NCBI GenBank assembly: GCA_003971905.1
Contig: RSEE01000007.1
Location: forward strand, 124,001 to 188,000
Source of the DNA: Moniliella sp. 'wahieum'
Lineage: Eukaryota
Length of the DNA: 64,000 bases
Direction of reading: 5' to 3'
The translations under genes were made by a program, and so were the position numbers. This document shows positions 25,341 to 38,163 of this stretch, piece by piece. How positions within the stretch are numbered: the stretch's first letter is position 1; each line of letters begins with the position of its first letter. Under the pieces are notes generated by a model that did no database searches, had not been told where the DNA came from, and was given only the letters and a program-made list of their open reading frames with translations.

Positions 25341-26602
25341 TTAGTTCTTCTTCTTGGGAACGCGCACAGGTTGGGCCAGGAGCTCGAGTAGCTTGGCATC
25401 TTGCACCGTCTGTGTGGACTTGATTTTCTCCGGAGTGTAGAAGCCCCCGGCGTTCTCGGGTGTAAGGCGGATAGCCCCCTTACTGTTTGTGGCAACAGTA
25501 AAGAAGACTTGGGCGGTCAGCGCCTCCTTCTCATCATACAGCACCTCGAAAGGTTGCACCAAATTGTGTGAGACGGCCGCTTGGATACCGAACCGGGCTC
25601 GGACCAGCTCCGACTCGGGCAGAACCGAGCCGAGTTGGAAGGGGAACGATCCTGCCTTTCTTCGACACGGCAGCAAAGACTTTCCGGGCGGTCTCAAGCT
25701 TAAGCTGGTACGTTTGTCCTGTCTTCTTGAAGATGGTGGGCGGGTAGGCACCCGACTTGGCCTTGCCCGACTTGGACGTGGTCAAGTTCAGGTCAAACCC
25801 ATATACTTCGTTTTCTTCAATTTTGACGGTGTCCGGCCGCGCGCCCGACTCGGGGGCCAGCACAATCTTCTTCTTGCCATCCACCACATTTTGCGACATA
25901 AGGTTGGTCTGCATGTCGGCGACAAGACGCACGCCAGTGAACTCCTTAACCGCCTCTTCAATCTTCTTGGCTACTTCGTGGTTCGTGGCGCCCACTTTCA
26001 GCGCACGAAGTGCAACCTGCTCGGCCACCTTGACCGCGGCAATCAAGTCGGCCTTGGGACCGGTGACCTCGGTCGCACCCACCACAGCCGTCTCGGCAAG
26101 GATACCTGCAAAGCCATCGATGTGTGCACCCAGCTGGATCTTGATCACATCGCCATCCTTGAGCTCGGTGATCTGCTCAGCATGCTCCTGGGCAGCCAGC
26201 TTGGCCTCGGTCGGGTTGAGCGATGTCTTAACAGGCAGCGGCGAGTAGTTACAGATAATGTGGTTCACGCTCACCGTGGTAGGGAACGAGATGCCCTTGG
26301 TGGCTTTTTTGAAGGGAGCCTGGGCCAACGCCTCGGCCAATGCCTCGTCACCGGCCTTACACAGATCAATGATCTTGGCTCCGGCTACCGCTTGGGGTAG
26401 AACCTTTCCCAGCGCAGCAGCAGCCGCATCACCAGCCGCGGTACTGAATAGCGAGAGTCAGCGCTCTGCACGGGCGGAAAGGTGGGGCGGGCGCGCACCC
26501 GCCGGGAGAAGGAAAGCGTATTACCTTGGGTACCTCAACGTCCATGAAGGACGTTGCCGAGGCTGGTGCAGGTGTGGTGGTAGCAGTCTTAGCAGCTGGC
26601 AT
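25341..26602 (-). CDS. cdb4: Curved-DNA-binding / PA2G4 (Ebp1)/Arx1-like protein, MetAP (M24) fold
   Basis: KGISFPTTVSVNHIICNYSP, LKDGDVIKIQLGAHIDGF, IEENEVYGFD, YQLKLETARKVF. Intron ~26445-26524; frameshift near 25650. Confidence 0.8.
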
Positions 26603-27392
26603 GGTGATGAGAGAGAGGAAGCGGTGGTAGGCAGACAAGCTTGCAAAGCCAGACTTGGACCGAGCGAGCTGTGGGTCCGTGTGTCCCCCAAAGAGGCACC
26701 CCGCCTAATAGCATGAGGTCTTGCAATGGCAGGGAGAGTTATGTAATGCACGCCATGGCCCCAGAAGGACCGCGCCCCCAAGCCAATATACAAAGGAGGC
26801 CCGTGCGCGCTCACGTTCCTCTCCCAGCTTTCTGCCCCACGCATATAGTGGGTCGACGACGACCACCTGCATCCGCTTTCCCATCTACAACCTTTCCATC
26901 GCCTCTACTGCCGGATAGGCTTGTATTGCGTTTCAGCGAGAAGCTACGCGCAACCCGGACAAATAAACCCCGAACTTAACTTTTCAAGACCAGATAGTTG
27001 CTCATCGCACACCTCAAGTTGTGCACGACCCCCATTAGCGACAGCTTTCCATGTGGTACAACAAAGAGTATAGGTCCCTTTCATCTCAGTAGAGGAGTCT
27101 AACTAACTGCTTCACTCTGAGTTAACCTGCTCCGGCAACAGCGCCATCAGGGCACGAAGAAGCGCCAGAGTGTGTGCCTAATCAGATAGCCTTTGTGTGT
27201 GTTTTGGTTTTGGTGTGGCACAGCAAGTCAAATCCATATTAGTCTTCCCCGGGTCATCCGGTTTACCGGCTTTTCCCTGTCCATCGTAACCAGGAGAAGG
27301 GCTGGGAGGCGGAAGGAGAGGCGGTGGTGATTGTGGTAGTGCAGATTTTGACTCCTTGGGTGGTTGGCTATCGGGCCGAGGGGTTAAAATGA

Positions 27393-27645
27393 ACCAAGTT
27401 GACAGAGCTGCTGGTCACGCTGGACAAGTCGACGGGCGAAGTCAAACGACGGAGGCCACGCGTGCTAGGCCACAAAACTTCAGCCGAAGTCAGGATCAGT
27501 GTGCTGCATGCCGGAGGTGCAACGGCTGAGGCAGAGCAACTGGGATTGCCACTGGAGGACGTGAAGACCAACAAGGAAATGGCGCGGCTGCTGCTCCGCA
27601 AGGATGGCGAGACAGTGACTGCTGGCATGGCGCTGGCAGTGGATA
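27393..27645 (+). pseudogene. HBS1: Isolated C-terminal (domain III) fragment of Hbs1, an eEF1A-like GTPase
   Basis: LLVTLDKSTGEVKRRRPRVL...AEVRI...LPLEDVKTNKEMARLLLRKDGETVTAG fits the Hbs1/eRF3/eEF1A domain III pattern. In-frame TGA immediately upstream (27390-27392); no GTPase domain nearby. Confidence 0.7.
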
Positions 27646-27824
27646 CGGAGCAGCAGTATACACCGTGGATGGACTTTATCATCGCTGAGCAGTTCAGGAT
27701 CGTCTCCTTCACTGTATCGATTGACGATTTTCCTTGGGAGATAGGGTCGAACGCGATACGGTGACGCCTCGGTGTGAGGCTGGACAGGGCTGGACACTAC
27801 GCACGATAAATCCGTTGCCGGGAC

Positions 27825-27872
27825 CCTGAGGCCCTGAGGCCTGAGTGAGGCTCGGGAGCCTCGGCCTCTGAG
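27825..27872. repeat. CCTGAGG-type array upstream of DNM1
   Basis: cctgaggccctgaggcctgagtgaggc read directly. Confidence 0.7.
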
Positions 27873-28183
27873 ATCGGATACGATAAAAACCTAGGATCTG
27901 GAGAAATTATATCACGGCTGCAACCCTAGCCCCATTTTGCCATTTGCGTCGTCTGCGTTGACACTGTCCCCGTGCAGGCGCGTCAGACAGCGCGCCAGTT
28001 TGCGAGCTACGCGTTCGGATGCGAGTGTGAGCAGAGGGTGCCACAGGGGCAGTGCCAGCCTGGTGTTGGTTGACGCGGGGGGGGTGTTGGCCAGGCCGGG
28101 GCAGAAACAGAGGCCGTCACATGCCATTTTCAGCGCCGCCCCCTACCTCCACCACGACCACGGCAGGCAGTTCTGCGGCCACC

Positions 28184-30689
28184 ATGTCGCTGATCGAGTC
28201 GGTGAACAAGCTCCAGGAGACGTTTGCCTCCATCGGAGGCGAACAGGTCGACCTGCCGCAATGTGTCGTCGTCGGCGCTCAGAGCTCGGGCAAGTCTTCT
28301 GTGCTCGAGACGTGAGTATGCCAGGCCACCTCCACTGACTGTTTGCGCCGCCTCAGGCCTTATCGCCTCATCGCTGACCCGTCTCTTGATTGTTTCTGCC
28401 CCTAGCATTGTTGGGAAGGACTTTCTCCCGCGCGGAGCGGAATCGTTACCCGCCGCCCGCTCGTGCTCCAGCTTATCCACACACCCCTCCCCCCGGACGC
28501 CACCACCCCCGGATCCAACGGACACTTCGACGACAGCCTCAGCGGTTCCTCGCGCATCTCCCCCCCGCGGCATGCCGAGTGGGGTGAGTTCCTCCATCTT
28601 GATCGCCGCTTTACCAACTTTGACGACATCCGCCGTGAAATTGAGAACGAGACGTTCCGCGTGGCGGGTCAAAACAAAGGGTGTCCAAGCTCCCGATCCA
28701 TTAAGATCCACTCGCCCAACGTGCTCAACCTCACCCTTGTCGACCTGCCCGGTCTGACCAAAGTGTGTATCATTCTTCCCCCCCCCCCTCCACCCGCCCC
28801 CCTTCCATGTTTGGATCCCGGCTGACTCTGGCTAGATTCCGGTCGGGGACCAGCCCTCGGACATTGAGCGACAAATCCGCGATCTGGTGCTGGATTACAT
28901 TTCCAAACCCAACTGTATCATTCTCGCCATCAGTCCGGCCAACGTCGACTTGGCCAACAGCGATAGCCTCAAACTTGCCCGGAGTGTCGACCCGCAGGGC
29001 CAGCGGACAATTGGGGTACTGACCAAGCTGGATCTGATGGACAGTGGCACGCACGCTATGGACATTCTCACCGGACGGGTCTATCCGCTCAAGCTGGGTT
29101 TCATCGGTGTGGTCAACCGCTCGCAGCAGGACATCAATGGCAATGTCTCGATGCTTGAGGCACGGCAGGCCGAACAGGAGTTTTTCCGAAACCACCCTGC
29201 GTACCACAGCATTGCCCATCGTGCAGGGACCAAGTAGTTGGCGCGCACGCTCAACGCGGTTCTTATGAACCACATCCGGGAAAAGCTTCCGGACATGAAG
29301 GCACGTCTCAACACCCTCGTGGGTCAAGCACAGCAGGAATTGGCTGCCTTTGGTGATGCTGGTTCTGTCGACGCGAATGAGCAGGGCGCGATGGTGCTCA
29401 AGCTCATGACGCAGTTTGCTCGCGACTTTATTGCGTCGATTGATGGCACCTCGTTTGAGATGTCGACCAAGGAACTCTGTGGCGGCGCGCGTATTTACTA
29501 TATCTTCCATGATGTCTTTGGACATGCGCTCGAGGGGTTGAACGCGACCAGCAACCTGACTGTGCAGGACATTCGCACCGCCATTCGCAACAGCACAGGC
29601 CCTCGTCCCAGCCTCTTTGTACCGGAACAGGCATTCGAGCTGCTGATCAAGCCGCAGATCAAGTTGCTGGAACCGCCGTCACTGCGCTGCGTGGAACTGG
29701 TATACGAAGAGCTGATGAAGATCTGCCACAACATCACCAATCCGGAACTGCAGCGCTTCCCCGACTGCATGCGCAACTGATCGAGGCGGTTTCGGAACTG
29801 CTACGGGAACGATTGGGCCCAACGAGCGATTATGTTCAGAGCTTAATGCCATCCAGGAAGCCTATATCAACACCAACCATCCTTCGTGCAGGATTCGATC
29901 GCGATTGCCGAGCAAACCAAGCAACTGCAGCGGGCACGCACCACCGGTAACCCTCCCAGTCGCCGTGCGCCTGGGCTAGCGGGAGACGACACTGATTCAC
30001 CCGATTTGAGTGCAGATGGAGGCAAAGAGGGCGCAGGACTTCCTCCACGTGGTCGCGGCGTCCATGGCGGGCGATATGGCAAGACAGGAACCGGTTTCGA
30101 GCCAGGGCATGGTCGGTTATCAAGCTCGTCGCAGTCTACCACCCCTTCGGCTGGCGGCAGGCCCAAGCAGGGCGACGGGTTCCTCACGTACTTTTTCGGT
30201 GCGACTGCCGGGCCAGGAGCCGCGCTGGGCGGGGCGTCTGCCGTCGCGCCGGCGCGAGCGAACACAAGCCTGTTCGCCGGGCGGGGGGGGGGGCTGGATG
30301 GTTCGAGCGCAGCCTACGACATGAAGTCGCTGGGCAAGCATTTGGAAGCGGCTCCGATCCCTGGAGATGCAGCCGAGCCAAGATTGTCGGAGCGGGAGGA
30401 GATGGAGACGTCGTTGATCCAGGGGCTGATCACATCGTACTTTGGGGTGGTGCGACAGATGGTTCAGGACCTAGTACCCAAGGCGATCATGCATCTGCTC
30501 GTCAACTTTACTCGGGACTCGGTGCAGAACCGGCTGGTCAAGGGACTGTACAAGGACAACCTCTTTGCTAGCCTGCTGGAAGAGGACGAGGGAATCCAAG
30601 CGGAGCGCAAGCGCGTGCAGTCACTACTGGACGTGTACCGGGAAGCATTCAAGATCCTGTCGGATGTGACGCTGAAGCCGACGGCATAA
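28184..30689 (+). CDS. DNM1: Dynamin-related GTPase (Dnm1/Drp1 type)
   Basis: [73 protein letters not shown] region [14 protein letters not shown]. Introns ~28312-28405 and ~28762-28835; frameshifts and an in-frame TAG at 29235. Confidence 0.9.
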
Positions 30690-31253
30690 GAGTGCGCAAG
30701 AGAGCGTCGCAGCGGGACGCCAGGGCTATTACGGGGGCGGACAATGCGTGGCCCAGCAGGGAGGGTGCACAAGATGTCCGAGAGGGTGCTGGAAGGAGGG
30801 CGAGTCGTGAGCATGAGGATGCTCCGGCCGAGGACCACGAAGACTTATGAGTACTGAGTGATGCACATCCCGGGGGGTTGCACTGCGCCCCCCCACCTGA
30901 GCGGCCATCTACCAGTTCTATTTTATTCGCCACGGTCTGGAGGGCTTACTTCCATGGGCTGGCAGCACAACGGACGTGATCTGGTGTTCTGCAGCTGGGC
31001 CACAGGAGTCGGAATGGAGAGGAGAGTGCGGTGCGCAGAGAAGAGAGCAGGGCCGTTGCATTCGAGATGAGCAGCGAGGCAGCCACCCGTTCGCCAGAAT
31101 CTGCCTTACGTGCTGGAGCAAAACCACCACACGACTCGTGCGCCGGGAGAGAAGAGATTCGGTGGAAAACTAAAAGCAGGCAGGAGGAAACGATAGCACA
31201 CATAGATCTTTTCTGGCAGCGAGAGGGGGAGAAATCCAAGCAGTACACTCTCA

Positions 31254-33416
31254 CTACTTAGGTTCGCAGCGCATGGACATCACACTAGATGCCCGGGCCC
31301 GAAGAGGGGGTATGGGCGGCCACAGCTTCGGGTTGCGGCTCGCTGCTTGTGGCCATGCCGGCGGCGGGATCGGCGGAAGGAGCCAAATCGGCCGGCGCAT
31401 CAGTGGAACTGGGACGAGCGTGGGCAAGTTCCAAGCCCCATTTTCAAGCGACTGCAGTGCCTGGTTCGCCGCGTGCGTGGCTGCATCCTGTCCCGACAGC
31501 GTGGGAGCGGGTGCCGGGGGCGAGGGGCCGTCACCCTCCGGCCCTTCGATAGGCTCTGATGGCTTGTTCTTTCGCTTCTTCTTGGGAACTTCGAATGGCT
31601 CTGCCGGGGCAGCGGCATGTTGGTAGGCAACTTGCTGGGCTTGCGCATGCGCTGCGTACTGCTGCATTTGCGACTGAAGATGAGCCATGTCCATCCAGGA
31701 GGAGCCGCATGGCCGCGGCTTGCGCAGCTTGCGCGGCTTGCGCTGCCGCCGCCTGGGCCTGTGCCTGGTCCGGAAGGAATCGCTGCATGTGCAAGTGCCA
31801 GGCATGAATACTAGCCTGGGCCGCCGCCTGGGCCGTCTGGTGTGCCGCGCATGGAGGGAAGAGATCTTGGCATTAGACCTGCGTTGCGAACTGCCCGAAC
31901 GTTTGCCGGCCTGTTGTTGCTGGTTGACCGCGGCAGTGTAGGTGGCAGCGGCTTGCTGGGCCTGCATGTGCAGCTGCGCGGCGGCCGCCGAGGCGGTAGC
32001 TGCCTGCGCCTCCAACTGGTGCCGCCGCAGCGCGTTCGCCTCTTCGTCCCACCCCCACCCATCGCAGCCGCGGCGGCGGCAATCGCTTCCGCCTGGGCAT
32101 CCTTGCGCTTCTTGCTCCTTCGTTTTCCCCCCTCGGCGTCATGAGTGGCTTGGGCAGCGGCTTCCATGGCTTGGCTGCTGTGCTGCTGAGCCGTCAATCC
32201 CGCCACAGGCGGCGGAGGAGGCACAAGCTGGGCCAACGCAGCCTGGGCCTGGGCATGCGGATCAATCCCCTGTTCCATCCCCTCCTCCTCCTCCCCATCC
32301 TCTGGGCGGCGGGACCGGCGCACCTTCCTAGACGCTGCGCCTACTCGAGCCGCACGGGACCGCGTACCAGGCATGCCTCGCATATCGCCATGGCCACCAC
32401 CAAAATCACTTGGTACCCAGCCGTGCCCCAGGGCTTGGTCGATGGGCGGCACGGGCGGGTTGGGTTCCACGACGATTCCTTCCGCCTCGTCATTCTGCCC
32501 GGCCGGAACAGGTCAGTGATACGGATGAAAAAAAAAAACAGAAAAGGGGAAGCACGCACCCACAGGGTCTGTGCAGCAAGTTCTTCCAGAACGGGATGGG
32601 TTCGTTGGCGCGCTTGAGCGGAGGAGCTCATTGCGCGACTTGTCCTTAAGCTGCATATTATTGCGGTTGGCCAGAATGGTGGAACGCTCACATGAACACC
32701 ATGCCACCGGAGCACAATCGCATACGGCTGGATCCCATTGTACTCCTGCTTGAAGCTGCAGATCTCGTACAAGGACGACATGAGTTCAGCTGTCTCCTCG
32801 GGAAGCCAGGCCTTGCGTCCGGTGGCATTACCGCCAGTGTTGTAGAGTGACGGCCGCTTGCTCGGGTCCGTCTTGACTGCCATCGACGCTGCCGCCGTCT
32901 GGGTGTACGGCACAATTCCAGCTTGAATCACATCAAAGCCAGGCGGATAGCCCCAGGACGTAGGCGCCTGTGTTGCGTCGTGCACATCCACCCGCTCCCC
33001 AGCCGACGCGTCGCGCTGCGGGTCCACCGCGGCTGCAGCCGCAGCTGCAACAGCCAACTGCATCTGCATGTTCAGGTCATACGGCGGGGGCTGTTGCGGC
33101 GGCGGGCTGGGCGGGGGCTGCTCCTCATGCGCCGGGTGGGACATGTGGTGCACATCGGACTCGGGGGCATATGCTTCGGGGGTCACGGCAGAGGGCGCCT
33201 CGGCGGACTGGCCGACCGAGGGGACGGCGGGGACGGGCTGGTGAGCGTCGTCGGCGGCGGGGCGTCTGGCGCGCCCTGGGGCTCGTTTTCGATGGGGGGC
33301 GCGGGCGGGGGCACATGGGCGGGCTGGGGGTCGGGGGTGGGGGCGGGTCCTCGGCGGGTGCTGGAGCAGGCGCAGGGCGGCGGCGGCGGCGGCTCGTCGT
33401 GCGGGGTGGCGGCCAT
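31254..33416 (-). CDS. Low-complexity protein with a Tbf1/TRF-like telobox Myb domain
   Basis: RKAWLPEETAELMSSL...ILANRNNMQLKDKSRNELLR resembles the Tbf1 telobox (W..EE..L...RNQVQLKDKARN). Pro-rich N-terminus, Gln/Ala-rich C-terminus; intron ~32510-32560; frameshifts; 3' end approximate. Confidence 0.65.
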
Positions 33417-33585
33417 GGTGGTAGGGTTGGGCTGGCAGCGCTCATCGAGTGTGAGGGTTGCTGCTCTCCTTCCATCCCGCCTCCCGCCCATCGCTCCGCC
33501 GCCTCACCCCAGGGCGGAATCGCACGCCGCTCTTCGGCGGACAGTGGCTGTTGCACCGACCCAGCACACCGCCAGCCTCACCAAC

Positions 33586-33605
33586 TGATGCATGATGCAT
33601 GATGC
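33586..33605. repeat. (TGATGCA)x~3 in the divergent promoter between the Myb gene and VMA1
   Basis: tgatgcatgatgcatgatgc read directly. Confidence 0.9.
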
Positions 33606-33851
33606 TTCGCCCCGCCCGCAACCCCCGTGCGTCGGCCCAGCACCACATGGGCAGCCTTGTACCAATTGAACAACCTCCCTTGCAACGTTCAATTCCCGCG
33701 GGCGAACCAGCATGGCGCGATTACGTACGCGGCAGGAGTTCGAAAGCAGGCGGGCGGCCTCGCTGTTTAGGGGAGCGCTGGCGCATGTTGGCCGCGAGCG
33801 AGCAAACCCCACCACCCCTACCCCCTCTCCTTCCCCTGCGCTCTGCCTGCC

Positions 33852-35742
33852 ATGTCTTCTGGCCTGGCCAAGATCCGCGATGAGGAGCGCGAGTCCCGAT
33901 TCGGCTCTGTGTTTGGAGTGTCCGGCCCCGTCGTCGTTGCCGAGAACATGATCGGCTCGTCGATGTACGAGCTGGTCCGCGTCGGCCACGACGAGCTCGT
34001 CGGCGAAATCATTCGTATCGACAAGGACAAGGTCACGATTCAGGTCTACGAGGAAACATCCGGAGTTAGTGTCGGTGACCCTGTGCTGTCGACCGGCAAG
34101 CCGCTGAGTGTTGAGCTCGGCCCCGGTCTGATGGAGAACATCTACGACGGTATCCAACGCCCGCTGGAAGGCATCATGAAGCAAAGCGGCGGTATTTACA
34201 TTCCGCGTGGCATCAACACCCAGGCCCTGGACCGTACCAAGCAGTGGGACTTTAAGCCGGTCAACTTCAAGACTGGCGACCACATCTCGGGTGGTGACAT
34301 CTACGGCTCGGTGTTTGAAAATGCCCTGCTGAAGGACCACAAGCTCATGCTTGGTCCGCGTGCGATGGGCACCATCACCCACATCGCCGAGCCCGGATCG
34401 TACAGCGTCGAGGATGTAGTGCTCGAGACCGAGTTCCAGGGTGTCAAGACGCAGCACACCATGCTTCAGCTCTGGCCTGTCCGTGCCCCGCGCCCGACAG
34501 CTGAGAAGCTCAAGTCGGACACGCCCTTCTCACGGGCCAACGTATCCTGGACGCACTCTTTCCCGGTATTCAGGGTGGCACGACCGCCATTCCCGGTGCG
34601 TTTGGGTGTGGCAAGACAGTTATTTCTCAGGCGCTGTCCAAGTACTCGAACTCGGACATCATCACCTATGTTGGGTATGTTCAATTCGGCCCCGCCCCCT
34701 GGCTCTGCATACTAACTCTTCTCCACCTCTAGGTGCGGCGAACGCGGCAACGAGATGGCCGAGGTCCTGGCTGAGTTCCCCGAGCTTTCCCTTGTCAAGG
34801 ACGGGGAGGAGCATCCGATCATGAAGCGTACCACGCTTGTCGCCAATACGTCCAACATGCCCGTGGCTGCTCGGGAGGCGTCCATTTACACGGGTATCAC
34901 CCTCTCTGAATACTTCCGTGACCAAGGGTACAACGTGGCCATGATGGCCGACTCGACCTCCCGCTGGGCCGAGGCGCTGCGTGAGATTTCGGGTCGTCTG
35001 GCTGAGATGCCGGCCGACTCTGGGTACCCTGCGTACCTGGGTGCCAAGCTCGCCTCCTTCTACGAACGTGCCGGCAAGGTCAAGTGCTTGGGTAGCCCCG
35101 AGCGCGAGGGTAGTGTCAGCATTGTTGGTGCTGTCTCTCCACCTGGTGGTGACTTTTCTGACCCGTTACCTCGGCCACACTGGGCATTGTGGGTGCGTTC
35201 TGGGGGTTGGACAAGAAGCTGGCGCAGCGGAAGCATTTCCCGTCAGTCAACTGGGACCTATCCTACTCCAAGTACTTGAACCCATTGGAGGGCTGGTACG
35301 ACAGCTGCCAGCCCGACTTTACCCAGTACCGATCCAAGGCCAAGTCGCTGTGCAGAAGGACACTGACTTGGCGGAGATTGTGCAACTTGTGGGCAAGTCT
35401 GCGCTGGGTGAAGGGGACAAGATCACGCTGGATGTGGCGGCGATGTTTAAGAACGACTTTTTGGCGCAGAATGGTATCTCGGACTACGATGCCTTTTCGC
35501 CGTTCTCCAAGACGAGTGCGATGTTGAAGAACATGATTGACTACCACGAGAAGGCGCAGGCGGCGTTGGCCAACAACCCGGACCTGACCTGGGCGCGGAT
35601 CAAGGACCACTCGTCCGAGATCCTCTACCGCCTCACGCAGCAGAAGTTCGAGTCGCCGAAGGAAGGCGAGGCGAAGTACATGGCGGTGTACAACAAGCTC
35701 AACGACGACATTGCCGAGTCGTTCCGTTCGCTGCAGGACTAA
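33852..35742 (+). CDS. VMA1: V-type ATPase catalytic subunit A (no intein)
   Basis: [29 protein letters not shown]-loop, [11 protein letters not shown] across intron 34675..34732, [28 protein letters not shown]. At least three frameshifts. Confidence 0.97.
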
Positions 35743-38163
35743 GCCAGCCGCGTGGCGCTGGATGTTATTGCCCGGAATCAACCCATCCGTTATTTTTCCA
35801 CTCAGTCCTCTCCAATCTAATCTACCTAGACGACAGCGAGTAGGGCAGAGGCAGGCGAGGTATGTGACGTAACCGGTAACCTGTGATCTTTGAGCTTGAA
35901 CACGCCCCAGGCGATCAGGGCTAGGGTTGGGTTAGCAACAAAACCTCTATCTCCAGGGCGCCAACTCGGCCAGCCTGGTTGCAGGGACGCATGCAAACGC
36001 CAAGGCTGATGCCAATCGACAGAAAAGTCTTCCCCCGATAAGGAAGAGCAAGAAGAGGTTGGGTTGGTGGAGCTGGATCCGAGACAGCGAACAACGTCAT
36101 GGCGGAGGATAGGATGGACGAGACAATGGAGAGGGTACAACTGGTGTGGGGCCCGGACGTGAATCAAGACGTTGAATGGACGCTTGCGTGTACGTTGTTG
36201 CAGGTGAACCCGCGTACCTTCTCGGGCCAAACGTATGGGTTTGAGAAACTGCTGAGTGCGGGCGATGCAGTGGTGCTGGGGGTGCTGCACGCTCCAGTGT
36301 CGGAGGAGTAGCAACTCCACCCAATCGAGATAACAATAATTATACATGCGTCTCTCCTTGTTCCACCTTATTAGCCATGGATGCAAAAGAAAAAGAGCTA
36401 AGCCTCTCTGTTGGTCGGAGAAGGTATTGGTGGCGATCCAAGATGCGGCACTGGTCAAGGTGGGCCGCAGCGCATTAACTCGTGCCCGGGGGGGTGGGGG
36501 GTCTTGGTACGAAAGGGGGACAAAGCGTGTTGTTCGATTGAAGCAGCCCAGCGAGAACTCCGGCTGGTTTTGTTTACTCAATCCCGCATGACCTTGCCGG
36601 CTTCTCTGGCCGTGAGAGCGTCAGTGCTGCCGCGCAGGGCGACGGCTACCGCAGGCCCGGAACCGCCCACCGCGTTGCACCACAATAGCTTGGGCCCGTG
36701 AGAGTGGGCGTCCAGTATGTCGGCCCATGCCTCTACCTTTGCCAATCTTGGCCCACGGTGACGACGAAGTGCGAGGGCGCTCGAGCGCCTGACTGGGTTA
36801 AACCGTTTCTAGCTGCGTTCCGCTCACTCCTGTGCCCCTTGGCCTTGCCCCCTTGGAGAGTGAACAGGTGGCAAACAAGGCGCTCAGCCGACGTGTCTTT
36901 CTGCGCGACCGGCGCTATCGCCAAGCTAACATGTGAATGTCCGGAGAGGTGGTTGTTCTCTTCACTCGTTGTGTGCATGCGTATGCGTTTGTGCCAGTGT
37001 AGATGCTGGAGGATGAATGGAAGGTCGTAGAAGAAAGGTAAGAAGCATGAGGCAAAACAAGAGTCGAGAACAGGGATCGCTTCTCTGCGCTATTTGACTG
37101 TCCACGCGCAATGAGGATCGTGGCCTTGTTTGAATGCAGGTGGGCCAGGCAATTTCCCCGTCGAGACAAATCAAGGCTGTCGTTTGCGCACAAGGAAGAA
37201 GGGTCGCTTCTGACGTTCCACCGGCACCGCGCTCCATGCACCGCACCTCCCGTCTCAAAAAATATATGGGAAAGAGTAGCAGGCCTTGTTGCACCCCTCC
37301 TATACTTACTCTGTTGCCCGTCGTGCCCCCTTGCCTTCCTTCCCGAGTGGGACTACAGTCTAACCAACAATGGCTAGTCCGTTTACTCACTTTCCGTTGT
37401 GGTTGAATACGTCTTCCCATTGTCCTGCATCGGATTCCGATTTTCCCGTATCACCAACCCAGTTCGCCAGGCCCACGGACGAACCTTCAAGCTCCACCCG
37501 GGACTCTCGGAGCATGCCCCTGCCGTCGATAAGGCATGGATCGTTCGAGCAAAGGACGCACGCATTGGGGTGTTCAAATGCCGGATTTTCAGGTTGCGCG
37601 GTACGCCGGGATGGATCCAGGATCTCGTGGGTACTAATGGTGAGGACGAGAGCCAGATTCGTGCCTTTCTCCAGGAGAGACTTCCTACCCCCTATTGGGT
37701 ACCGAGCAAGCTCGGGAGCCAAGGCACTGTCCCATGGCCCGGACACTTAAACAGTGGGCCAAGGGCATAGCACAGTATCTAGCCAACACGCAGTGGGCAC
37801 CGGCTTCAGACCATGACACCACTGGATCGCCACAAGCCTCCACGCCGAAGATGGGAGTGTCCCAACGGAGTTCTTCCGGTGCACCTACCAATGTCCAGCC
37901 GCTTTTGTGTATGTGCACCTATAGGTGTGTAGGGGGGAAGAGCACGACGAGAAAAGAAGAGCAAGCGATGCAAAGCGAATACATTAATCCCAGTGAGCCG
38001 AGCCTGAGCCTAGCATTTTTAGCGGCGGGGAAGTACGTGTGAATGAAGGGAAGGAAGCGAACAAGAGGACGAGAGGACATTAACGGTAGCCAAGAAGGGT
38101 GAGGATAAAACGGGACCAGTAGAGGCTCGTGAGTGCAAGCCAATTGAAAGCTAGAAAGACGAA

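Noticed and set aside
29235..29237. TAG reassigned to Tyr
   Set aside because: GSP1 and NOG1 end at TAG in the expected positions; a single case in an error-rich assembly is better explained as a base error.
33852..35742. VMA1 intein
   Set aside because: Only a 58-nt GT..AG intron interrupts the site; there is no intein-sized insert.
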